This document shows positions 1-11,400 of a stretch of 64,000 bases of DNA, piece after piece. The notes below the pieces were generated by a model. The model saw only the letters and a list, made by a program, of their open reading frames with translations. It did not search any database and was not told the origin of the DNA. Location: positions 62,001 through 126,000 of the forward strand of contig JAYWIR010000018.1 in assembly GCA_036172245.1 (NCBI GenBank), written 5' to 3'. Source of the stretch: Raillietiella orientalis. Its lineage: Eukaryota. Positions within the stretch are counted from its first letter, which is position 1; every line of letters begins with the position of its first letter. The position numbers and the translations under genes were made by a program.

Positions 1-531
1 ATGTTTATTTCTTCTGGTCCTTCACGATTTCTTGAGGTATATTCAAGTTTTCACAATTCATCAGTTACTGCTATTGTACTAGAACAAATGAAAGATACCT
101 TCCAAGAAAAAAAAAACATATAGACATCCGCCATCTCATGAACATAACGTTCACCTACCCAAAGGTTGCACAATTTCCAACTGTTTTCTTGATGGCCTTT
201 TTATTTATCAGGAGGAAAACTTTAAAACCGAACTCTTTTACCGAAGAATGAACGCACGCCTATCATGTGGCCCATCTCTAAAGAGCTAAACTGTCATGAC
301 AAAATTGAAATGCATTTGCAAGTCCCTTGATCAGAATCGTTGCCTATCAATCATTCGGATAGCAACATCAAAAATTTTGCAAATACGTAATTTGACCTTT
401 TTATTTGCTTCATTCTGGGTTATAGAATGCAGTTACGTCATAAACCTACGTAATCGTTCTCTGTTGAATTACGCCAACTTCATTTACCTTTATGAAAAAC
501 TTTAACTCCACACACCTATCATGCTCATTCC

Positions 532-552
532 ATATATATATATATATATATA
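532..552. repeat. (TA)n microsatellite
   Basis: About 10 AT units. Confidence 0.9.
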
Positions 553-1343
553 CACATTACAAAAGGAGGGGGTATAGAACTTGCACCTTGCATGATTTAC
601 ACTTCTGGGCACTTTCCCCACCCAAAACTGTTCACTGATCGTCTAAGAAACTCTTCATTATTGTGCCCTAATCTTTATTATGAACTTCAAAAAAACTGCA
701 GTTCCACTTTTCATTTTATGCTTTTCCATTTCCAGAAAATATTTGATTGCCATATAAGGATCCAATCATGTAAGGAAAAAGTGTCGAGTCTTTGGATTGT
801 GTATTTTATGGTGCCAAATTTGTTGCTTAAGAGTTGACTTTCGAATGTAAGGTTCGTTTGAATAGGACTGAAATCTATTTCTTAACTTTTCATCTGATTG
901 TCCAAAGTACTTATTGATATTTCAATGCTTTGATTAAAAAATATTATATCAAAACCTACACTGACACAACATACTTGCATACCTAACATAAAATACGAGA
1001 TCAACAGGGAGGGCACTGCATTCAACTCATTTTTGTAAAAATCAAACAATACTGATCACTGAGTTCCGTTCATTTTCTGAAAATTAATTTGGGACCAGTT
1101 GTTGAGATCATTTAAGGATTAGTGATGGTTGAAAAGAATAGACCTAAAGAGCAACAACAACGAATCCCCCAAATAATAGCATTAAGGTGTGGTGAGCACT
1201 CCATTGATTGTGAAAGCTGCAGCAAACATTAGCACAGCTGGATTCCTGATTTTCACGAGCTTTATATAGCTCTACTGCTTGCTGAGTTGAGAATAGCTAA
1301 AACCAATCCATTGTTATTGCACAGGAACTGATAATCAAACTGT

Positions 1344-4300
1344 TTATTTTGAGCTTCGTCTCACAGGTTCAGAAGCTGTAGGAGGTGGAGGAGGACCTCT
1401 TTTATCAAGATCCTCTAAATAGATCCTGAGTAACTTCTCTCTTTCCTCTGGAACACAATCTAGAACTAAATACCGACTGTCTTTTTGGAGACACTCCAGT
1501 ATATCCTTGTAATGTTGCTCGTTCTCCTCCACCGCTTTAAAAGATTTATGGGTGATTATTTTGGTTTCCTATGAACAATCCAACTTCCGTACACGCTTTT
1601 CCATCTCTGCTACACTTACTTTCAGCAGTTCTCTGAAATCCGCTTTGGCAGCAACGAGCCTGTCTTTTAGATATTCCTTAAATTCACGTTCGCATTTCTA
1701 AAACGAGAATCCCCCTCCGTGGTTGTTTGTTACAATGCCCACAGTCACCTACCCTGTCGCTGGAGGAAAACTTTGCATAGCGCGGATCCTCTTTGATGAG
1801 TTTTTTTACCTCTTTCCAGGTGGACATGAGAGTGACTTGAACAGTGTCATCGAGAAGTTCACGAAACTTTTCCTTCTTCTTTTTGATTAGCACCTCAATG
1901 TGCTGGTTAAAAAGCTTCTCCCTCTCTTCCCTGTCGAGCGATTCCACGAGCTCCCACCTGTGGTCCTTGCGCAATTGCTTTTTTGCCTCTTTCCAGGTTA
2001 GGTCGGCTTGTCGCACCAAATCGGCAAGTAGTGCCAAGAAATGTTGCACAGCCTCGTCATGTTTGTGTTGCTCTCGCTCCTTATCCCGATCCCTTAAGTG
2101 TGTGGCTAACGTACGCTGCACCTCCTTTTCCCTCTCTCGGATACTAGCTTCAATCCTCTCCTGTTTTTCCTTTTCTCTGGCTTCCATTTCCTCATCCTTC
2201 TCTTCTGCTTCCTCGCCAGCTTCATCCTCAGCCTAAAAACGATGGATAGATTGATGTTGAAAGTTAGCATTCAACTGACCTCCTGCACACTTTCCACACT
2301 CTCCTTCCTTTTTTTCTCTTTCATCTCTTTCAATTTCTCTTTTTCTCGTTTCTCCTTTTCTTTTTTCTTCTTCCTTTCTTTTCTTTCTCGATCTTCCTCT
2401 TTTAAAATATGAATGTAATCCCGGAACCAGTCTTCTCTCTGACTACTGGATTCAACAGCCCGATATCGGTTATCGGAATCCAGTCGTTTTTTGACTTCAC
2501 TCCAGTGGGAATGTCGATCAATGGAAGAATGTTCTCGGAGCAACGAAAAAAAGTCACGTTTGATCTATGGCACCTTGCTTACAATTATAACTTGGGAAAG
2601 ACATACCTGTTCTCTACGCTGAGCCTTCTCTTCCTTTTCTCTGCGTCGAACTTCTAACATAAATTCATTAAAAAGACTCTCACGTTCCCGCATTTTCTCA
2701 ATACTTCGAAAACGTTCGTCTTTATTATGCTTGGCAGTGAATTCACTAAACGATGATCTGCAAAAACAAACTACAAAAGGCACTGCCAGCATGGAATCGC
2801 ACTTACTTTCCATTCAACTTCGCTTCTTCCAACAGTTTTCTAAACTGATCTCGTTTTTCCTTCATTTTGTTCCTTTTTTCTCGTCTTTCTTCTTCAGCTC
2901 GTTCTTTTACATACTTGTCAAAAACTTGTTTTCTTTCTTTGGAAGTGAGGAGTAGGTATCTGGGATCAAAAACAATTTTGTGCAGCTCTTTCTCCCAGGT
3001 ACTGAAGGCTGATACCTTTGCAAATAATCAATAATTGCATGCTGTCTTGGTGACTTAAACATACCTCCTTTTCACATAACATATCGCGGAATTGTTTCAT
3101 TCTTGCTTCTAATGGTACAATAGCACGTTCCCGGGCTGCTCGGACTTCAGCTTCGATAGCAGCTTCCCTACCCAAGTCAATTTGCTTTGGCTTTTCATCT
3201 ATGAGTTCCTTATTATTGGTAAACTGCTTGCATGCTACAGTGCATACCTTCTTCTTCCTCTTTAATTCTCTTAAGAGGAGGTTCTGTATCAGTTTCCTCA
3301 TATTTTTTTTTAAGTTCTTCCTGAGTGCGTATTAAAGCTTGTGAGAGGACCGCTTTTTCCTTAGATTCTTGCACCGAATCGGGTGGATTCTGGACCAACC
3401 TATCGACATCGACCCGGCCTTGCAAATCTTCAGGACGTTCCCATAAAGAAGTTCGCGTCGAGGGATTGTAAAAAAACACTCGGTGATCACCTGTCCATAC
3501 AACACACCTAACGGAAGGGCGAAGATGAAATATAAAACCATAAACATGCCACAAACCAGGGAGTGCCCGGAACAGGCGTGGAAGAAACAGGACGAGACTT
3601 GTCAGTTCTTCTTTCTTCTTTTTTTTCTTCTTCTTTTACAATGAAGGGCTTTTTTTCTATGACAGGTAAAATCGAAATTTCTTCTCCAGGAACTTGGCTT
3701 ATGTAGGCTTCGTCCATTTCTTCATCATCATCCTGTCTCTTAAAAGACTCGGACTTACCCTTGTCAGTATGCTGCATTTTGGCTTTTCGACTTGTTACAC
3801 TGATTCCTTGGGCTGCAGCTAGGCGTGCAGCTGTTAAAAAAGCAAATAGCATAAGGGTCACCGAAACAAATCGGTTACCTTCAAGATCCTTCAGAGCTTT
3901 GGGTTTATCCCAGGTGGATTCCTGAGTTTTTGTGTTATAATAATAGCAACGTCCATCAGGTGCTTTATGATCAGACCAGTCTGCTGCCCTGGATTCTATT
4001 TCTGGATCAATCTAGACAAGCATAAATGTTCAAAATATATCTTCAAGGGGAGGAGAGAGAGAGAAGCAAAAAAAAAAAAAAAGAAACCTCAGCTTTCACT
4101 TCTTCTTCACTTGTTTCGCCATTCTGCATGGGTTCTTCCAGCTGATCAATTGATACCATTCCAGATGGAGGCATCATGCCCGGAGGTGGTATTCCCCAAG
4201 GTGGAGGTATTCCTGTTATGTAACCATAAGGATATGTGGGAGGTGGCATTCCATATGGTGGAGGATTTCCAAAAGGTGAAGCAAATCCCATCATTGGGGG

Positions 4301-5084
4301 AGGATGCATCATCATTTGGGCATCTGACAACAATATCCACAATGACTTAGAAACATCGTAGATTTCCCACCAGATGCTCCTTCATGTTCAGGATTGCATT
4401 TGCTTTCAGCACATTCAGTCTCCATTAACTTCAAGGAAGCTGCTTGGGCTTGTGCAACTGCTGCTTGGGCAGCAGTTGATGTATTGGCTGCAGCTGCCTG
4501 AACTCCAGCAGCTGCAGTCATAACTTCGACTTGTTCCTGTGATAAAATATTAACATTATCAGGTTTAGTCCATGAGCTTTCTCTAGTTCGGGCGTTGTAG
4601 TAATACACTTTTCCTTCTGATGTTTTCGTTTCCACCCAAATCTCTCCAGTGTTTTCAATACCTATACCAAATGTAAATGCTTACATTTAAGGCCTAGTGC
4701 ACATTCTTGTTTCAATACCTGATGAGGATTTATTTTCATTGCCAGTTGTAGAGTTGAAAGAAGTGGCAGAAGCTCCTGGACTGGAATTGTTCCAATTGGA
4801 GCCACTCTGCTTTAAAAAAAAGTTGAATATGTATATATAATCAATAACATACGCTAGCCATGAGGCTTGAGGGAGCAACTCCAGGTGGGGGTGGAAGGGG
4901 ACCCCAACTCGGATCCCAGTTTGGAGGCATAGTCCGGAATCTAGGACCTCTGGATGCAAAAGGAGGAGGGCCTCTAAAAGGAGGAGGAGCACAAAAACCT
5001 GGTCGTGGAGGAGGTCGAAAACCTCTGGGAAGATTGACGTAAAGATTATCCCAGTCTGTTGTTCCAAGTGAACTACTTTGGGAT
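1344..5084 (-). CDS. TCERG1: Transcription elongation regulator 1 (CA150), 5'-incomplete; 14 coding exons: 4853-5084, 4719-4809(or 4806), 4371-4661, 4088-4323, 3879-4011, 3557-3830, 3248-3507, 3065-3198, 2807-3015, 2607-2757, 2280-2564, 1753-2232, 1620-1697, 1344-1568
   Basis: Exons join in frame at GT..AG junctions (3079 nt = 1 nt + 1026 codons). Pro-rich N-terminus, then three WW domains ([80 protein letters not shown]), FF repeats ([25 protein letters not shown]) and the characteristic C-terminus [15 protein letters not shown] stop at 1344-1346. Start codon not located. Confidence 0.95.
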
Positions 5085-8000
5085 CTGTGTAGTCAAAAAA
5101 ACAATATAAGCCTGTTTATCAAATGCAAAGAGGCAGCATATATGCAAAGGAACTTACAATCTTTAAAATTCAAAATCAACAAACAAAGATTTTCATTTTC
5201 ATTTTAATATCACTGTATTGAAATTTAATCCTCAATACATAATTTTTGAAACATTAATTTTGTAATCACTATATCCAAATATTTTAGAAGGTAAGAAATA
5301 ATTATTAATCGGATAATGTATTCACAAATTAGTAATTGTGATAAACTGAAACAAAAAATAAAGATAAATTCTTTTGCAATAACAAAGTAATCAATTGACA
5401 TAACAATTATGGATTCAATTTTGTCAAACACAGCTAACAACAGATAGCAATCAAATGATAAAACAATAAAAAAGCAAATTCTAAATAGTAACTAGAATGA
5501 TGAGTATATATATGTGCACACATATGTGCATTTATACACATACATATCAGTTCTGGAGGCAACTGAAAATGACACAGTAACAGAAACATCATATTCAATT
5601 ACAGATCTGTAATCCACATTAATCAGATTCCAAATATGGATACAAATGAGCATGTATTTTCTGTGATACACTAATCTAATGTAAAATGAAGCAAGAATGT
5701 ACTTACAGCTTTATACAAACACTAAATCAAATTAAAATTAATTTACATAAGAAACACAGTACTGTAAGAATCAAAGTATTAACTTGTGCAAACATTCGAT
5801 AATTCATGGAAAACTTGGTTGAGGTGTAACTATTTATTAAATCTCTTGTTTTCTTCTGTGTTGTTGTAGCTACCTAGAAAACATGCATTTGACTGCTGAT
5901 CTACTGAAAGTGTGGAAACGAGAAATTGATTGCAATCGCACTTTGAACAATTTGCCAAAAAAACAAGTAAAAAAAAAAAGCAGGTTTTTGAAAATTAACC
6001 ACATTTAAAACTTGGTATGCTAATCAAGTGCAATAGAAAAGACAGTACAGGGAGAAGGAGTCTGAAGGTCGGAAGGTGAACCTTTCTTGGTCTCATCACA
6101 CAGTTGTTCACCAACAACCTGCACAATGAATTGTCATACACAGATAAGAACAGATGGTACCTATAATGCATCTAAGCATTCTTACATGCTGAACTTTATA
6201 TTCATCCTTGTAGTTTTGTAAAATATTACGGAATACTGCCATGAGATTGAGAAGATGAGATATGTGTTAGGATGTTTTAACTTGGTCGTCTTAAACACAA
6301 CATATAATAATATAAATCAAGAGTAAGAGTCATTTAATTTGCTAATCCATGTGACAATCACAGCACCTTATAAAAATCACAATTGTTTTCTATTTTAAAA
6401 ATAACGCAATTAAAACGCAAAATATTTTAATGCGAAGATCATATCCATGAATAGCAAGATGATGCAATTCATGAACTTGCTATAAGGTAATGAAAATCTA
6501 CTATACAGGCTAAAGTACCATTCTTGCTGGAAAAGAAGTTTACAAAGAAGCTGTAACAAAATAACAAGGTTACAATTTCGACACTGCATATTCGAAAGAG
6601 AATCATAATAAGAATTCAAAGTTTTCATTATCAAAACAAACCTTCATCATCATCATCATTGCACACCTAAAGGCTTTAAAGAGTCTCCCATCAGCTGTTA
6701 TTACACAAAAGATATAACAATATTTTACCTATCATAATTTATAACTTTTGGAAAGGTTAATCGTCAAAAATTTGAAACATTTCCTTAAAAACAGCAATGA
6801 ATTTAGATGTGTAGATAAAGTTGAAGCATGGATCTAGAAATTACCTTGCAGGAACCAAAAAAACTAAACAGCTGCACCAACAGGGAATAATCCTTTGAAA
6901 AGTAGGGATATGAAAAGAAAAACATAAAAAGCACATATTACACATAAATGGACTGTAGCTGAGAACCAATAAGCACCTAGCTGCTTTGATTCAAGTTACT
7001 TAGATCATATATAAATGAGAAACGTTTATACACCTATAATTCACAACGAAATGCCTTTTACAAAATGAAACCTCATCAACGTAACTGAGAAAATTTTTTT
7101 TCTTTTGAACTTTGGCTTGGAAACATAGTCTCTTCTTTATTGCAGAGTGTAAAAACTTAAATGAAAATATTCTTTGGTGCTGAAAAATAACTGGAAAAAA
7201 TAGCCAGCTCTCCAAGAAATATACTTAGCAATAACGTTGTAATAACACAATTTACATATAAAAACCAGCCAATCATAATGATTTATGTCTTTTTAATATT
7301 CTCACTCTATCACAATTAAGTATATAACTGCTAAAAATAACTCAATCAGCGAATCAAGAAAAACCATTCACAAAGCGTGAAACCGATAAATCATTTTAAG
7401 AAATAAAAAGCTGAAAAAAGAACCACATTTAAAAATGGTAGAAAAGAATACATAAAAAGGAGAAACCAGAAAATGGTCTTTTTTTCCCCCTTCAAAATAA
7501 ACAAGAGAAATCAAATAGATATGATACGCATTTTCTCAAAAATAAAGTTTCAAGTTCAATTCTTAAAATTTATACAAATATTGTGATAACAATTTTTTAC
7601 ATAAAATCATCAAATATTTCAACAAAAGGCATGCAAAACACATTTTATGTGTTCGTTTTTCACTTGCCTATTATTTATGCATGGCAGAAGCCAACAGAAT
7701 ATACTTTGTAAGGTTTCTGGTTGAATTAGACAATACAAAACAGTTTGCAGGCAAAACTTATCGATAATAAAAAAATATATAATGTAAAATCATACAATAC
7801 GAATTACCAAATTCTGAAAATTAAATTTCAAAACTTCAAAAACAACAAACATTGAAAACAAAAAGATTTTTAATTATAATGAATAAATCATTAATCATCA
7901 CATCCAGTATCTTTTTATTAGTGCTGCTTTCAAATCAATCAAATCCACATGAAAATACAAAACATGTCTCTGAAAAACAAACAAATAAACAAATAAATTA

Positions 8001-8267
8001 ATGATGCCATTTGCAAATAACTGAATTCAAAACCTTACACAATGTTCAATTCATAACAATTTCTCTATAAGGTGGAAAGGTATTTTTCATTTGCCATTCT
8101 TCCACCAAAGCATGAATCATAAAACTGACGAAAACTTGGCTTGAAATGATAATCTAATTAGTTTTATAAATTCGAAAACATTGCTTACAAACTTTACTAA
8201 ATAGATGAATTAACCATAGCCAAAACCGGAACTGAAATTTTCGAATTCTTATAACAAATGAAGCATT

Positions 8268-8408
8268 TACACATACACACACACAAAAACAATCTTAGGA
8301 ACTGTCTATAACATGTATATGATTATATATATATGTACACACACACACACACATGTATATACTTATATACATATATACATGCATATATATATATATAAAT
8401 ATATAAAA
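8268..8408. repeat. (CA)n/(TA)n compound microsatellite
   Basis: Visible ACACAC and TATATA runs. Confidence 0.85.
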
Positions 8409-11400
8409 TAACTCTGAATATATACTTATGTATTTCATCAAATACATAATGTTCACAAATGTTGATTTTAATACCTAGTGAACCTTATTCAATTGGACTA
8501 ACATCCAACTTGAGAAGCATATCCTTTGATTTAAGTAATCCTGGAAAATGTTGATTTTCACATCAGCAAGAAACATGAATTAACAGGTCTCAGAAATTGT
8601 TGATTTTTTTTTCTGAAAATCAGGATGTATTTCTGTCAACAGAACAATAAAAATTAAAAATTAATACAAATACATTAATACAAAACTCTTTCAAGAGTGC
8701 CCAATATAACCATGCTTATAGAACAAATATACAAACTGTGCTTTGAAACATAATGAAAACTAAATAAAAAACACAGATATAATGTTACAGAGTTAATAAT
8801 GCCAACAAAGCAACAAAATGAAATTGAAAATTATGTAATATGTTTATGAAAAACAAGAACCTTAAAGAAAACATATACAGGTACTGTATTTACCTAATAT
8901 GCCAATTCAACCAAATTCGAGAAGAACAAAAAACAAAATTTGCATTTGAACCACAGAAAATAGTTCGTTTTATCATGCTATCCAACAATTTGTATACACT
9001 TAGTCATATTTATTACTAACAGCATTCCAATTAATTGCCTACAGTGCTATTAGGTGATTTACATCATGTTCATACGGAATCCAGTTTTTTGTCAGTCTTC
9101 ATAATCAAGGAAATTTGAAACTTCACATCTCACATATTAATTCTCAATTTGAAATTCTCAGAATAAGGTTCTTATTTTTGGCATGATAAAATGCAATTTC
9201 CATAAAGAAAATGCAACTAATTTTCCCAGTGCTACATATTTTGTAACTACAACGAATTCAAAATTAGTTTTAAAATGGTGCAATCAGTTTGTTCGATGAA
9301 AGTAAAGTTTCAATGACATTTAACTCAAGACCTGATTTGCTTTGAGCTTTGGAGGTTTGCCTCATTTTGAAACAACACAAACCTAATACAATTATGAAGC
9401 TGAATTTTTAATTTTTGGTAATTTCTTAGAATAGGCTGCTGTTTGCATATCTTTACTAAAACTAAATTTCTAAACTTCATAAGAAATTTCATTTATCTTC
9501 CAATTAAGTACTCAGCTCTGAATATTTATATTTAGAACAATTGATTCTTTACTGCTACTAAAATAGTTTCAGTATTAAAATCCTTAAAGCAATTGTTAAG
9601 AATGCACCAAGTGCAAATACATCTCTCTTAGCATACACATGATCTCATACAATGCACATACATATGCATATTATTTTACTAATAGGGTTTGTGCTTTTTA
9701 AGCACTTTGTTTTACACTTCCAGATCTGTTGTGTAGTTTTATGTCGACTCTTTGAAAAAGAACTTTTCTTGGTGCTATCCATTTTTAATATTTGATATAA
9801 TGTAAACTTCCTTTTATGATTTTCCCCATCACCATTAGTATTTATTAGTCTTTCTGGTGCCAGGATCAAAAACGGTAAGGACTCAGCAAGTCTGTCTGTC
9901 TAGCAATGAACCTTTCTTAAAAATAACTTATAAATGACATTATGCTTACAGTCTTCACACTTTTGGGGAATACTGGAAACCAGTATAAAAAACATGATTT
10001 GGATGAAATGACGTTACTGGGATTAGAATTTCGAAAAACTTTGAAGAACCTACACTGTTTAACTTACATACCTTATTAAAACTCATTTTTAGATGTAACT
10101 CCAGAAAAAAAAAACTCCACCTTCTGAATACCATGCAATAAATATGCCTATGGTACTTTTATGTCAAACTGATACAAGCTGCGATTTAGAAAGGAAAACA
10201 GATTTTTGATGCATCCAATCCAAATGCTTCCATAGGAACAACTATATCACCATATAATTAAAACAATAATGTCTTAATACTTATTTCATATAACCTTTAA
10301 TACTGATTTTAAATCCACCATCCATGATTTTAAATATTGTCCACCATCACCTGATGCTCACTTATAAAAAATATAACATTTATGATGTATGATGTAATGA
10401 TACTGCTTTTGCCATTTTGTCTATAATAAAACAAGATTTTTCACGACAATAACGACAGCTGTTTGATCTTTTTACATTAGCAATGGCAAATTATTCTATG
10501 ATAACTGAATATATTGCTGGTTGCAAGGTATCTTATGTATTTTGACAATACAAATGAAATTTACAAGGTGATAGCTATCAAAAATCTTTCATTTTGCTGC
10601 AATTAACAGTCAACATTAACATCTTTTCTCCAGAATTCTGCTTTTTGTCTTCATTGTATTCATTCTTTCTGAATTTTTTCAAGTATGCCATCAGTGCTTG
10701 CTCATTAGCAACTGAAAAATCATTGGAAATATATTAAACCATCAGTTTCCTCATATTAAATACGTAATTATTCTTCAGTCACTGTGAACTTGTAAGGATT
10801 TTCATTCCATTATCGATTCTGCAAGTGATTAACAAATTAATTAAGAAGTCTCTTAAATTTCGCTTACTGAATTTTCAGAGATGACAAAGAGCAATTATAG
10901 GTAACTTATAGTGGCGACTCTTTTAATGGTTCTCAATATAAAAGCAACCTAAGTAAGTTTTCCTTGCTTCTATGATCACATGTAGCCATTTTAAGTTAAA
11001 CATTAGTTTTAATACGTAATTGAAATTTTAAGAAAAAAAGGAGCATGTTTGATTTGAAGTTCTAATTTTACTCAATCATTTCTTCGATGCATTTTTTAAT
11101 TCCGTGCTATTTCAAATGGCTTTAATACTCAACATATTGCCATGATCTTCCATGCAATCTCTAATATCTTCCATTCTTAACTTTTTAGCCATGCACAAGT
11201 TTTCCCAGTAGTGCGAAAAACTTGTAAATTAAAAACAAGAAATCATGATTTTAAAAGCCATTTTTGTTCTAAATATGTATAATCTGGGAATTATTCAGAT
11301 GATAACATAGTCTTTACAGACCCTGTATTCTCTCTCCTCAAAACACTTCTTCATTCTACTAATACTGTTCTTGTATGCTCCCAATGGAGCTCAATTTGAT

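Noticed and set aside
4662..4684. 23-nt TCERG1 intron using the GTAAG at 4684
   Set aside because: Far below the other intron sizes, and the extended exon would hit an in-frame TAA; the 4718 donor keeps the frame.
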